A stretch of DNA of 64,000 bases, taken from the NCBI GenBank assembly GCA_951406725.2, contig OX597820.1, positions 58,404,001 to 58,468,000 on the forward strand, given 5' to 3'. Positions 13,400 to 26,942 of the stretch are shown here, one piece after another. Both the position numbers and the translations under genes were made by a program. Each line of letters begins with the position of its first letter. Position 1 is the stretch's first letter. Source of the stretch: Octopus vulgaris. Lineage: Eukaryota. The notes under the pieces are model-generated. The model ran no database searches. It worked only from the letters and a program-made list of their open reading frames with translations, and was not told the origin of the DNA.

Positions 13400-14098
13400 C
13401 ATTTTCTGACGAAGTAACTTTCAACATTTGGGCTAAAGTGAATCACTACAATCGTTGGATTGGGGGTGGGGGTAATAACCTTCAAAATGGCTAGCAACGT
13501 GAATAAACCTATCCAACCATCAATGTTTACTTCATTCTCAGAAATTCACTAACAATCACCCACTTCTTTAAAAAAAATACAACAGCTTGTGGTTAATGTT
13601 GCAGAATTTTCTCATATCTAAACGAAGATTAGAATAGTATCTTCTTTCGTTAAACTAGAGCACTCTGCCACTTCGATTTGAATGGATGTGCGGTGCTTTT
13701 TGAAAGGCACTTTTTCCAGACAAGTAATTCTATAGAGCCATCTGGATCAATTGCTTGGTCACCCAGTTCGTCCGATCAGACATTATTGGACTATTTTTAT
13801 GGAATCGTGTAAGCAGTTGCATGCTCATCGAAGTCACGTTATTTAAATGAGCTGAGAATCAGGACCTTAGACGCATTCCATAAAATCACTGAACTGCTAC
13901 AACAGAATGTCTTTGCCTATTTGGAAGAACCAGTTTGCAAGATGTGTCAAGAAACGTGGAAGTCATGTTGAATATTAAAAATGTTGGATCTATAGCGTAA
14001 AATCTGTAAAAAGTTTTTCTACAGTGTAATTCTGTCGAATGCACATTCAAATTTATTAACGTCTAAAGTTGTACAAGGACTTTTTTAAACACCTTGTA
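13400..14098 (+). mobile_element. Highly decayed Tc1/mariner-family transposase remnant
   Basis: W-SP-SS-D..LDYF-like segment near 13755-13805; ends in ...CACCTTGTA. Confidence 0.4.
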
Positions 14099-14124
14099 TA
14101 TTAGTAAAACCGTATTGAACTTAC

Positions 14125-14196
14125 CTTCACAAGATCTTTGATGAAAGAAATACGCAAATCTTGATCCAATGTGACTGTTTCGTTAGCAAAAAGATC
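14125..14196 (-). CDS. Receptor GC exon (KHD): DLFANETVTLDQDLRISFIKDLVK
   Basis: TAG acceptor, GTAAGT donor, 72 nt, phase 0/0. Confidence 0.93.
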
Positions 14197-15472
14197 CTAT
14201 TGCAATTGAAAAAGATAGTGAGTAAGGATCTTTTTATATATTATCATAAACAACTGAGATTATATATGTAAAAATGTATTTCGTTGCTATAAAAAGCAAG
14301 GAAGATCCTTCGGTCAGTGTGTTAAAGATTATCATTGATTCCTGTAGTTAAGGCTGATCAAAGAGTAGTGCTCAACTAGTTTCTTTAAGTTAAAGATTGC
14401 GATTGTCTTCAATTTCGTTCTGTATCAATATTTTCTTGCCTGAATTCTAATGCCAAAAGAGTCGATATGTCGTATAGTATTAAAGACGATGGGCAACTTC
14501 TTTGTATAAAATTACGTCATCTGTATAGTTTTAGATTAAATGTATGCTGTCAGCGAACGGCATCAGCAAGCAACGATCTTTTACAATCCCGACCCGAACA
14601 CTGATATTTCACTTTGCTTTCAAGAACGTCCATTTTCCCTTCTCTTTTCTATTGAGCTAGTTATTTCTGAGGTTATCACTAAGGTGATCGGGGAATATTG
14701 TACCAGTTTTTAGTTTCTCCTTTCTAGGCTGCAAGCTCAGACACCATCCCGGTTGACTTTACATCAGCTTTTGTTTGTTGAATGATCAATTGATTACAGT
14801 CCTTATCCAGCAAAATCTAAGCTTTGTATATCAAAAAAAACAAACAAAGACTGAACCACTTAATGAGTGAGCCACTTTCAAAAAATAAAACCAAATCTCC
14901 CTCAAATCACTTTACTGTTCCAAAAAAGAATGGCCATATTAGATACTTTAATCTTGGACCGAACTTGTACGCAACAACATGAGGGGAGGCACAATGGCCC
15001 AATGGTTAGGGCAGCGGACTCGCGGTCGTAAGAACGCGGTTTCGATTCACAAACCGGGCATTGTGAGTATTTATTGAGCAAAAACACCAAAGCTCCATGA
15101 GGCTCCGGCAGAGGAGGATGGTGAACCCCCTTGTACTCTTTCACCACAACTTTCTCTTACTCTTTCTTCCTACTTCTGCCACAAAGCAGAGGAATCATGA
15201 TGTAACCCATTATGGTGTGGTAAACTTTCAGATCCTAGTTAGATTGCGAATCCTCTGTACTCCAGGATGGTTCAGCTCTCTACCCGTTAAAAACCACCGT
15301 TTACGGAATGAGGATAACAACGTAGCTTTCACGCCCGTGCAACCGCCAGTGTATCGCGTGTGGTGGGTGGATCTTCAAGTTGTCATACGCATTCTTAGTA
15401 GCTTGGAGTAGGCTCGAATTAGAGATTATTCTTTGTGGCTAATGACGTGAGTCCTGTTGGAAGAAGAAGAAG

Positions 15473-15504
<32 letters not shown>

Positions 15505-15512
15505 TAACTTAC

Positions 15513-15617
15513 ATGAAGACTGCCTTTGTTACAGTATTCATTTAATATTAACACTGCACCTTTTTCAATACAGGCGCCAATAAAATGAACCAGGTTTTGG
15601 TGGTGTGTTCGGCGAAT
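15513..15617 (-). CDS. Receptor GC exon (KHD): IRRTHHQNLVHFIGACIEKGAVLILNEYCNKGSLH
   Basis: CAG acceptor, GTAAGT donor, 105 nt; H.NL..FIGAC and EYC.KGSL motifs. Confidence 0.95.
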
Positions 15618-16040
15618 CTGAGCAAGTAGATAGTAAAATATATTTAACTAAAACTGTAATTACAGAAATTCAATGAAATTCAAGTATTTTTCATTAAATT
15701 ATTAATAATCTTCAGGTCTTGTGCCAAAATTTGAAACAATTATGAATAACATTCTGCTAAACTAAAATATTTATAGATAAAATTGCAATATATTTCGTCT
15801 AAATAAAAATAAATATGATTGAAGTAATAATAAAATCCGTCTTAACTGAAACACAATTCGTTGAACTTCTCCCAGAATAAAATATTTATATTAAATGGTA
15901 ATATAATTCTGCTGAGCGTAAATTCAGTAATATCTTTCATCGAAATTCACTTTAACTAACAGTTAATATACTTAGATGATACTAGACATTAACAGAACCA
16001 ATTTGAGGATGAAAAAACGATTAGGAACTTTGACTGGTTC

Positions 16041-16084
<44 letters not shown>

Positions 16085-16086
<2 letters not shown>

Positions 16087-16651
16087 TCTCTAGTTTCATC
16101 TCTGAGCTGCGGCCATGCTGATGCACCGCCGTTTTGCTACACTGTTATTACTAAAGAGCCTCCTCTAATATGTAGCACTTGGTGAAGAATGGAGTTTGAT
16201 ATAGCTACCCTCGTTTGCACCTCTTGCCATGAGGTAGGTTCATCTGGGACTCTCGACAGGAAGAGGTCTAGCTTTGATTTAAAAAACCCTACATTTACTT
16301 TGTGCAAGTTCCTCAGACTCTTTGGGAGAATATTAAAAAGTTTTGGGACCTTGAAACCCAGGTTGTTGCAGTAACTGGTCCTGAAGCGTGATGGCGTTGC
16401 TGGGATCTTTGGCACTATGCAGTGTCGTCCCGTTCTGGCATTAGTGTAGTTTTCAATGCCAGAATTTGGCAGAATTCCTTCCAGGATCTTCCAGATATAT
16501 ATTACTGCATACCTCTCCCATCTTCTCTCCAGGGAGTAAACTCTTAGCTGTTTCAACCTTTCCCAGTAGCTGAGCTGTTGCCAAGAGACGATCTTCTTTG
16601 TGAATCTTCTCTGGATTGCTTCAAGGTCCGCTATTAATTTCACACTGGTGA
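16085..16651 (-). mobile_element. 5'-truncated CR1/L2-like LINE (C-terminus of ORF2 plus 3' tail)
   Basis: LEAIQRRFTKKI..LSYWERLKQLRVYSLERR..FKSKLDLFL; tail AAAACGGCGGTGCATCAGCATGGCCGCAGCTC..TGAAACTAG. Confidence 0.85.
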
Positions 16652-17347
16652 GTGACCAATATATATATATATATTGCTTGTCGAGTAATCGTGTTACATA
16701 TCACAGTACAGATGTGCTTTCAAATCAATCCGTCTCAAACTATGTGCGTCATTCTATGCTTTCTGTTTCAGTATTTTCATTTTCATTTTCATTTTTTAAG
16801 GTGCTTTTTTGTTACTACAGTTTTCTTTTTTAAATTTCGACCAAATAATTTACTCGGTTATAAATCTAATATACTTCTTTTAAAAACAATGTATACCAGC
16901 ATGATAGAAATATTTATTTACGAAATGAGGAGACAAATATCTATATATTATTCTTAAACAAGAATATAATTGATAATGATTTCAAAGTTTCGGTCAGTTA
17001 AGCCATCATCGGATGGCTTAACTGACCTTAACTTCGAATTCACTGTCAATAATATTCTTGTTTAAGAATAAAAACTTTGTACTCTACAAAACTATAGAGT
17101 AACCTATCAGATTAACGTAAAATAGTTTTTATTACATAAGTGAATATAAAAACAAACGTTTCTCACACACACACACACGTGTGTGTGTGTGTGTGAACGC
17201 TTGTTAGTCTCCTTATTTCGTAAATAAATATTTCTATTATGCTTAAATACATTGTTTTTAAAAGAAATATATTATCTACATAACCGATTAAATAGTCTGG
17301 TAGAAATTCAAAAAACAGAACTCTAAAAAAACACAGCACCTTAAGAA

Positions 17348-17428
<81 letters not shown>

Positions 17429-19000
17429 ATATTTCATCATACATGAAATATAAATATATTTGCACAGCAAATTATATTTGTAGATATGAACATAATCAAA
17501 GATAATCGCCACTGACGAATTAGTAAACTACTTAATGAATGTTAGGGTGTATCCCGTGATTAACGTCATGCTTTATGCATTGCCAAGAAACTTGACCTCC
17601 CTATTCCGAACAGATGTACTATAATTTTTTTTCCTCCAAACTACATTTGATTCAACGCACCATCTTTTTGTATATATAGAACCTCTTTGGCATGTGTGTT
17701 CTTTTTATGACAGAAGTATCTTATATAAGAGTGTTTTTCTGCTGTTTCGAGCGCAGAGGTTCTCTCGTTGCTAGAGTACTTTTACCTCGCTACATAAGTT
17801 CGTCCATCTAAGGTCCCTTTCGACGTAATAATGTCTTGCACACTTGTGCTTTTAAAACTTGACCACTCAAAGCAATGAGGAAGTGCCTGTGCAGTCACAA
17901 GACATGCTAGAAATAGCAACTAAATTTATCTCAGATGACATCTTACTTTTTTAAAGAATACATTGGTCAGTGTGTTAATTGACGAGATGATCATAGCTGG
18001 AATGCCTTTGACCAAAAGTCTACTTGATTACTGTCTGGGGTTAAACAGTAAGAGCAAAACGATTCAGTTATACAGGACTTCTCAAAACCTCTTTCCCTGT
18101 TACCCTTATAAATTTCACACTAAGTGTGACGATTAAAAATGTATGGCAACCATTCCTTTCGCGAAGGCATTAGCGGCATACCTGAAGTAAAAGAAGTTAG
18201 CCTAACTGAGAATCGAAACCGCAGGAAATCAGCATTATGTTTGAAGAAGGAGCTTATTCGACATTTTTCGGTTGGAAATTTAAAACTTTGTACTTACACT
18301 TTTTCCCTGGTCCTTGCAGTTACTCTGCACTGTCCTCTTATTATTATTCATACGACCTAGATATTATTCCAATAGCCAAGTCATTCCATCTAACGTTGGA
18401 AACCTCTTGCCTTCAGGCAGGCTTCTCAACGAGGAAAATGATGATGAGAGGTGAAATAGAGCTCAGAACACAACATAATACATCTCCTCAAACACTGACA
18501 ATTCCGCTAATCCAAAAATCCTGCACTTGTCTTTTCCTTATTGACCCCGAAAGGATGAAAGTAAGTTTAACTTCGGCAGGGTTTGAACTTAGAGCGTAGA
18601 GAGTCGGAACATATTCCATAAAGCGTTCTACTTGATGCTCTGACAATTCACTGTTTTAATGATAAGTCGTTATATGGTACTGTTAGTAAAACACTAACGA
18701 TGCCAGCAGCAGCAAAAGACAAAAACTGCAGAAAACAGGATATAAAGTGTTGCAGTATTTAGTTGCATCATTTTACATTTTGAGTTCGAATTCTGCTTAA
18801 CTAGACTTTGCTTCGTATCCTTCCAGATTCACGTACTATAATGTAATCAACTCTGCCCAGTCACTCAAAATTTGACCGCCTGTGTCCATGTCAGAAATCA
18901 GTCTAATAGCTGCAGCATGTCTTCCTCTACAAAGAAATGATTGTCACCCAGTTCTTAGCAAATTTCCACACCACTTTTTTGCAAAGGCTTAAAAACTTTT

Positions 19001-19843
19001 TTAACCCCTTAATGGATTATCCCGAGTTTACTCGTGTATCGCAAATGTATCTTTTTAGAACCAGACGAGTATACTCGGTCAAAATTAACTATTAATTTTA
19101 GCACTCAAACGAGTTTATTTGTTTTGTGTCGTTTCATTTTTGAGCAATCACGAATTTACTCGCGTTGTCGTACGCCTGGCAGCACATATTCTGGTGCCAT
19201 TTCAAAGAGTTTATGCTTCTGAGTTTTGAACTTTTACTTCAGTGCATACTCAGATTCAGGGGGAGGTTGATGTCATTTTAGAACCGTCTCGTTTTGATTC
19301 ACTATTATTTATACAAATAAGAGAATTATTTACGCACGAAATCAGGAAGACCATCATCGATCCCACATCCAACAAGATTTCCCCAGCTGGTCATTTTCCC
19401 ATGGAAATACCACCAAATGATAAGAAAAAGAACCCTACAAGACAGTGTGCAAAATGCGCAGAGAAGAGAGACGCTAAAGGGAAGAATATTCGAAGGGAAA
19501 GCAGATACATGTGTTATGTCTGCAAGATAAATTTGTGTGTAACTCCTTCTTTTAAAAATTATCATTCTAAATAAACTGTCTTTCTCATGTTTTAAAATTT
19601 TCCTTTGATTTAAAAGCAATACATCTTATAAAAAATCGAAGATAGTTAAGTTATATGTATTTTTTCAATGTCCTAGTTAACTCGTTTAAATCCAAATAAG
19701 TAAAAATACATTTTAATTTCTATAATAAAAAAATAAATGAAACAAGATAAAAAAAACTTTTTTTGTAATTAAATAAAGGAAATAAAAATAATTGCTCTGA
19801 AATGAAACGCCATGTCAAAATAATTGATCCATTAAGAGGATCA
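19001..19843 (+). mobile_element. Internally deleted piggyBac transposon
   Basis: TTAA-CCCCTTAATGGAT left end with imperfect inverse (GATCCATTAAGAGG) at about 19826-19840; C-terminal Cys-rich domain RQCAKC..RRESRYMCYVCKINLCVTPSFKNYH (ORF 19242-19574). Confidence 0.8.
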
Positions 19844-19894
19844 GTTTATAATTAAATATGGAGGGCTAACGAAGGTTAAAAATAATTCTTATAC

Positions 19895-19972
19895 CTCATT
19901 TAATTCCCTAATCAGAGGCTTGCTTAAAACAACATCTGGAAAAGGTAATCGTTTCACTGCCACAGGCGCTCC
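19895..19972 (-). CDS. Receptor GC exon (KHD): GAPVAVKRLPFPDVVLSKPLIRELNE
   Basis: CAG acceptor, GTATA donor, 78 nt; VAVK lysine motif. Confidence 0.93.
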
Positions 19973-21675
19973 CTGCAAAAGAATACGAAAACGAAAAGTA
20001 TGAAATAACTCAATGGGTCGATGGTTTGATCACGATGGTCCTGGGCTCTCGTATTATGTCAAGTGCAAATTTATAAGGTGAACTTATTATTTATTCAAGT
20101 GAGGCGGGACAGTGCTCATGAAGGACGACTTCTAAAGTTAATGGAATATTATGCTAACATAATAATTCATCACCTTTATTATTGGTTACTATAAATGAAT
20201 ATGTGGAGGTGCAATGGCCCAGTGGTTAGGGCAGTGGACTCGCGGTCGTAGAATTTCGGTTTCGATTCCCAGACCGGGCTTTGTGAGTGTTTATTGAGCG
20301 AAAACAACAAAAGCTCCGCAAGGCTCCGGCAGGGGGTGGTGGCGATCCCTGCTGTACGCTTTCGCCACAACTTTCTCTTTCTCTCACTCTTTCTTCTGTT
20401 GGCCTGCTCGCTTAGCCAGCGGGGTGGCATCATTTGAAGGCTAAAACAATGCGAAGTGCATTGTGACCAGCGATGTGTAGCAACATCTGATAGCCTGGTC
20501 GACCACGGTGATAAATGAATATAAAATATCGACTATAATTAGATGATCTAATAGACATGAATGTGTAAAAAAATATATTAAATACTCAAAGAAACTTATC
20601 AATTTTTTTTCTTCTACCGATTAACAATTATATTTTCTTTTCGTTGCTTTCACGGATTTCCATGACTCTCTACCATCATTCGGTCCTATTATTATTAATT
20701 CGAATTGGGAGCTTGAGTCATAGTGAATTTTTCATTAGCTGATTATACAACCATGGGTGCCACCCCTTTGAATGCGTTGCAGTTACTCTCTTGATAGAGC
20801 TTGACGGTCCTGACCATTGATCTTCTAAGATTACTCTACCCAGCATCAATGTAAGAAGCACCATTGGCTCAGTTGAGTTCTTCTGCTACCTCTTCACAAT
20901 CCGCCACGCTGCAGCCCCATGACTTTGCCGTGTCTCTGGGTGGTTGAACGGGTGCTGTGCCTTGCCAAAGGGCAGCTTGTAACTAAGTAGGGCACGGTCG
21001 TCACTCCGTGAGGTATTTTCAGAATGCCCGCATATAAATATGTATAACATTTACACTATAAAATCGAACTTAGGACTACCGACCAACGAACGACCAATTA
21101 CTTTTTACAGTGCTTTCGCACTGTAAGACATATATATTTAAATAAGTTGCCTTCATTTGAGTGCTAGTAAGTTGAAAAAAAAAGGTACGACCGATAGTGT
21201 AGACCTTGATACGATAAAACGATAAACGTCGCCCTTTTCAAGCCTAGCCAGGCTCACGGGCCTCGTTTTTCGGTTTCTGGGCGTATGTGTTCCCCCCAGC
21301 TGGACGGGACGCCAGTCCATCGCAGCGTTACTCAAGAAACAGGAAGAGAGAGTGAGAGAAAGCTGTAGCGAAAGAGTACAACAGGGGTCACCACCACCCC
21401 CTGCCGGAGCCTCGTGGAGCTTTTTTATGTGTTTTTGTTCAATAAACACACACAACGCCGGTCTGGGAATCGAAACCGCGATCCTCCAACCGCGAGTCCG
21501 CTGCTCTAACCACTGGACCATTGCGCCTCCACAGACCTTGATACACTTACGGTTAACTAAGAGGCTAGACAACAATAGAAACATAATTTAGAATGATGTT
21601 CACACCTAGTTACAATTCGCTCTTAGTTTACACTGAAATTGAAATTCAGCTATGTATATAACAAATAGGTGTTAC

Positions 21676-21756
21676 CTTGTAAATAGCTGTCTGAATAAAT
21701 ATTTGATTTTCTGAAACAATTGAAGCTATTTTCGATTTGGATGACTGAGCACTAAT
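21676..21756 (-). CDS. Receptor GC exon (KHD start): ISAQSSKSKIASIVSENQIFIQTAIYK
   Basis: Poly-T + CAG acceptor, GTAAC donor, 81 nt, phase 0/0; QIF..T..YK motif. Confidence 0.9.
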
Positions 21757-22658
21757 CTGAAAAAAAAAAAACAGAATCATGAAAGAAAAAAAATGAGGAT
21801 ATTCTCTGACCAATTGAAATAGCTGAGAAGAGAATAAGAGTGCCTATATATGTTTATGAGTTTTAACGTGTCTGCGTAATTTATAAGTACATTTGTTCAT
21901 ATGACTGCGTTCGTGTTTCTGTGTCTGCTTGTGGATGTTTTCGCATATGTGAGAGCACGTGTACTTGTGTTTGATTGTGTATGCGTGCGTACTGATGATG
22001 TGTATTTGTTATGATGTGTGTATGTATGGGCGTGCAACGTACTAATGGATACTACGTGTATATGTGAGAGTGTGCCCGCACGCGCATTAGACGAAACATT
22101 GATAAACTGCTTTTATGTGTATGTAATGATTTCAGGCTCTGGCAAAAGATCGCAAACTTTTGGATAAGAAGCATGAACGACAAAATCGACCATGGTGAAG
22201 TTTAAACTTGTAACGAAACACCATGAAGCATTTTAGTCAGTGCAGCGAGGGAAATATAAAGGAAAATAGAAGCTGATGCTGCATAGCTTGATCGAAAAGA
22301 CGAACCTAGGAAAACACTATCCAATGCATCCTTTCTTAAGACGATCAGAGGCAATTTGAGGGATATTCTGCTGCCATTTCTAGCTCCTTTGTTAGTTCGT
22401 TGTTTATCCCGGAACGGAATCTGATCAAGCAAGCTTATGTTTGACATTATTCCGTCGTCGCGATCACTCCAGCTTTTAAAGGGTATAACTTTGACAACGT
22501 TATATAAAGTATGCTTTCAGTTTTCAAAAATGGTAGAATGTAATTTGAGAAAAAGTCTTGGTTGCTGCTGTTTCTAGCAGGTCGAGTGACCAGGTTGAAA
22601 CACCGTTGTTTTCTTGTTAATTCGTGTATGCTGGTAGTACTCAAGAATTGGTTATAGA

Positions 22659-22689
22659 GACTAAAGTTTCAAGTGAGCTCTTTCATCAG
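22659..22689 (-). ncRNA. Hammerhead core without stem I
   Basis: CUGAUGA-AAG-agcuca-CUU-GAAAC-UUUA-GUC; flanks do not pair. Confidence 0.45.
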
Positions 22690-23121
22690 AGAAAAATGTG
22701 TCTAACTGAATACCATGATATTCTATTTGTAATAGAATATCTAGTAATTTTTGCTAGTTTATTTTGTTTTTGAGATGTATTTGGATAGTCTTTTAGACTG
22801 AAAACGATACGACTCGGTCTGTATAGACGGTCCATGTTGGCCTCCGCAGTTGGCTGTGGAGGCCATCACACAAGAAGAACTAATTGAAGTCAGGAGGACC
22901 TGCAATAATGAAGATTTTGTGTCCTTCCGTCCGGGCCTGCCAATGCAGGCTTTCCTGCAGGCGGTAGGAAACTTACTTCGGAGCCCGGACAAGGAAGATG
23001 AATGAAAAACGAATTTTTATTTTTGGAATTTTTAAACTTGTATTTAATTGCTGTATATTAATTTTTCTTGATTTTAAATTGAACAGTGTTTTCGTGGGGT
23101 TATCGGTCCTTTTTGTCTTCT

Positions 23122-23198
23122 CTATAACTTTGTATTGTAGACTTTCAGTCTCCAAGCCAAGCAAAGTAGGTCAAGAAGTACCGTGAACTGAATTATTC

Positions 23199-23244
<46 letters not shown>

Positions 23245-23538
23245 ATAAGATCGTTAATTTAAATATCGATCTTATCAAGTGGCCAACATGGGAATAAAAA
23301 CCTTCAAAGGTAATAATTATTATTAAAATTATAATTTAGGGTATCTAAATAGCAGCCAAAACTTGACTCTAAAACCACATTAAATATTCATATGAATATT
23401 TAATGTGGTTTTAGAGTCAAGTTTTGGCTGCTATTTAGATACCCTAAATTATAATTTTAATAATAATTATTACCTTTGAAGGTTTTTATTCCCATGCTGG
23501 CCACTTGATAAGATCGATATTTAAATTAACGATCTTAT

Positions 23539-23592
<54 letters not shown>

Positions 23593-23669
23593 GAATAATT
23601 CAGTTCACGGTACTTCTTGACCTACTTTGCTTGGCTTGGAGACTGAAAGTCTACAATACAAAGTTATAG
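23122..23669. repeat. 548-bp spacer-less near-perfect palindrome
   Basis: Centre CATATG at 23389-23394; one substitution plus an 8-nt difference in (TA)n length between arms. Confidence 0.9.
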
Positions 23670-24604
23670 TCCTTTGTTTTAGAAAGAGTGATGGCTTCTG
23701 GAAGGACCCCTCCCCTTTTGCCGGTCAGGGAAGGGTCAAAGAAACTATCTTATAAAGAGGAGCTGTGAGTCTGTAGATCAGTTCCAGTCGAGGACAGAGC
23801 AAGTTAGTAACAGGTTGTTTCTGCTGTGACTGAGAAAGACAGACACAGAGAACTGAGAGATGACAGGCGAGAGCGTGGGAGGATGACAGCGTTGAGAAAG
23901 ACAGACACAGAGAACTGAGAGCGAGAGAGGGATTACGACGGATAGAAGGCATGGCTATTGTAGTAGGAGTTGTAACTAGAAATTGAAACGGTATGTGTTG
24001 TTGAATTGTAACGTGAATTGTTGTATTGATGTTGAAATGTAAAAGAGTTGATGTGCTGAGTAAAGGGCTTGTTGATGTGTCATAAAGAACAATGTGAATT
24101 GTATTGATAAGTGCTAAAGAAAAAAGAAGGAAAAAGACAAGAAAAGAACTCTGAACTGTATCGTTAATGTGTACGTTAATTGAACATTATTTGTTTTAAT
24201 TGGATTCGAACTATTGTCTCTGAACTGTATATTGCATCTGCATGCTTTGATTTGTTGCATGTATTTTCTTTGATTTATTTGATTTGTTGTATACCTGTTG
24301 TTTCCTTCTTTGATATATCTGATGTATCTTTAAATGTATTTGATGTTGTAATGATTGTCATAAACTAGTTGTTAAATGTAAGCCGATTGCCTCTGTGTGT
24401 CTCTCTCTGTGTCTCTTCCTGCTGCTGTTGTTGTTGTTGTTATCTCTCTCCTCTCTGAGTTCCGTGGCGAACATTTACCGATCGATCGAGCCTGGTCAAT
24501 CGTCGTCGCTCGACTTGTTGAGATCCCGGGTTCGAGTTCGAGTTGGTGTAATTTGAGAGGATAATACAAAAGTTATGGATGATTTAGTGATTTACTGCAA
24601 AACC

Positions 24605-25872
24605 CATGGCAGCCAAAATGATCAGAACGGTTGCTTTTACTTCATGTTTTAGAATATTTAACCAGCGAACTCTAATGTTTTGAATTTGTTTACGTGGCGG
24701 TTCAGTTACTAAACACGCCGTAAGAATATCTGCAGTGTATTTTGTTAATATAATGCCACTTACTCCGTTACCAATTCGTCAGCAGATTATTAAGCTTCGA
24801 AAGAAGGATAATTTAAGTATTGGATCTATTGCAAAGATTGTTAACAAGTCAAAAAGTGTTGTTCACGGTATTCTTAAGGTCTACGATGATTGTGGTTCGT
24901 GTGAAGCAAGAAAGTCTACAGGTAGGCTAAGAAAAACGACCAAGAGAGAAGATCGTGCTATGGTAAGGTTGGTTAAAAAGGTTAGATTTAAAACTGCTGC
25001 TGCTGTTTCTCGGGAAATGAGTATTGTACTGAAGAAAACTTTATCTCGAAAAACTGTGTCTCGTCGTTTAGTTGAACATGACCTACAAGCAAGAGCACCT
25101 GCAGTGAAGCCACTGATCAGCTCCAAGAATAAAAAGTGTCGTCTTACCTTTACAACCGAACATGTGTTGTGGTCTCAAGAAAAATGGCAAACAGTGCATT
25201 TCAGTGATAAATATAAGTCTATGTTATTTGGCTCAGATGGGAAAAGGTACGTTCGTCGAAAAGCAGGTGAAAAATTGTCGCCTAAATGCCTTAAGACTAG
25301 TGTTAAATTCGGTGGAGGAAGTGTCATGGTTCGGGGGATGATATCTGGAGATGGTGTGGGCCGTTTGGTGCGATTACATGGAACGGTAAATGCAGGAGTT
25401 TATAAACAACTTGTAAAAGATCGTGTCTTGCCTGTGCTGAGAAATTCAACTAAGCGATCACCCATATTCATGCAGGACAATGCCCCATGTCACAAGGCTA
25501 AGGCGGTCATGAACTTCCTCAAGGCTGAAAAGGTTATTATTATGAATTGGCTTGCTCAAAGCCCAGATCTCAATCCTATTGAAAACATGTGCTGGAGTCG
25601 GAAAGACAACATCCAGGTCTCCTGGAGAACGTTCGAAAGCCAGAAATCCTAAAACAACCGAGAAATTATGGAATGCCCTTCAGGAAGAATGGAATAAGAT
25701 CAAACAGCAAGAAATTGAAAATTTAAATTCCTCATGCAGTCGAAGATGTCAAAGTTTGATTGAAGCTAAAGGGCTTCACACTAAATATGAAATAATTCCA
25801 GCATTCTCTGTCATTTTTTATTATTTTGTTATTTTTTCAACCGTTCTGATCATTTTGGCCGGCATGTCTGTA
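24605..25872 (+). mobile_element. Near-complete Tc1-like (DD34E) transposon; transposase frameshifted near its C-terminus
   Basis: TIRs CATG..GCCAAAATGATCAGAACGGTTG at 24605-24633 and 25838-25866; ORF 24735-25652 with HTH, HFSD, QDNAPCH-34 aa-SPDLNPIE; C-terminus (LQEEWNKI..RRCQSLIEAKGLHTKY) continues in another frame. Confidence 0.92.
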
Positions 25873-25921
25873 AAGAATAAGATATTTTGAATGACTCAAC
25901 GATGCACTATAATAGGGCTAT

Positions 25922-25960
25922 CTGATGAAGGAACTTTTATTCCGAAATATCATATCAGAC
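25922..25960 (+). ncRNA. Hammerhead core inside an inverted repeat, stem I largely lost
   Basis: CUGAUGA-A-GGAA-cuuuua-UUCC-GAAA-UAUCAUA-UC/AGAC. Confidence 0.5.
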
Positions 25961-26057
25961 TATGGATAATTAAATTACAAGTTATTATAGTCCATTGTTT
26001 GTATTATAGTGCATTGTTGTATCATTCAAAACATTCTAGTCTTTACAAATATAATAT

Positions 26058-26122
<65 letters not shown>

Positions 26123-26942
26123 AAGTGAGACCAATAGATCTAGAGGCGATAGCCTAGGATGATAGTCGAACCAACCTTGCCTTCCCATGATGCTGAGATA
26201 AATTAGTGGAGGGTTTCTGCTTTGGGATGTAAGTAAAATTCTGTCCGGCACGACTCAGTTACACAATGATGGTCGTCTTTAATTACTAGAGCACCACCTC
26301 AGCGTAGGCTCTAAATTAAAAAGTAATGTAGTTTTGCTGTTCGAACCAACTAAAAAAAAAGGGGGTTAAATCTCTTTCTTATTTCATTCGTCACTCTGTC
26401 AAACCCAGCCGATGAGATTTCTTTCTCGTTCTGTCAAAAGTTCGTAGTTTTAACAAGGTCAGCATCATTAACCTAGAATTTTCAGTCACGCGATTGTTAT
26501 TCTATGGAATTTGAAATCAAAGTTAAAGCAGCTAACACTGCAAAATGAATAAGAAATAGAAAACCATATGTTTTAAATGAACACGTTTTACTAATGAATG
26601 TCTAGGGTGTGAGGACTGAAATGCGAAGCGGATCTTTTTCTTGGTGTGATTTAAGCCAGGTCAGTCTTCATTTAACAGGCCTGTAATAAAAACCATTCTA
26701 GATGGCTCCTATTTTTAGAAAACTGCGAAAAATTGTAGAGAGATGAAAATGTATCAACAGTTGCTAATTTGCCTGGGTCGTTTCTGATCGAGCAAATGTA
26801 TTTGTATATTATTTATACGTCGTATGCATATGTATATATCTTGTCATATATTTTTGTGTGTGTATTATGAATCGGTGTCTTCTTTTGCGCTTATGCGAGT
26901 GAGTTTGAATACACAGTTTATTAAGATTCAAATTATACCAAC

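Noticed and set aside
22760-24560. Repeat-like segments flanking the palindrome (possible LINE ORF1/UTR pieces)
   Set aside because: No diagnostic motif recognised; left unclassified.
24735-25652. 305-aa ORF as an active or domesticated transposase
   Set aside because: A frameshifting insertion follows the catalytic Glu, conserved positions are substituted (FSDKYK, MVRG, WLAQSPD) and the left terminus is damaged; likely inactive.
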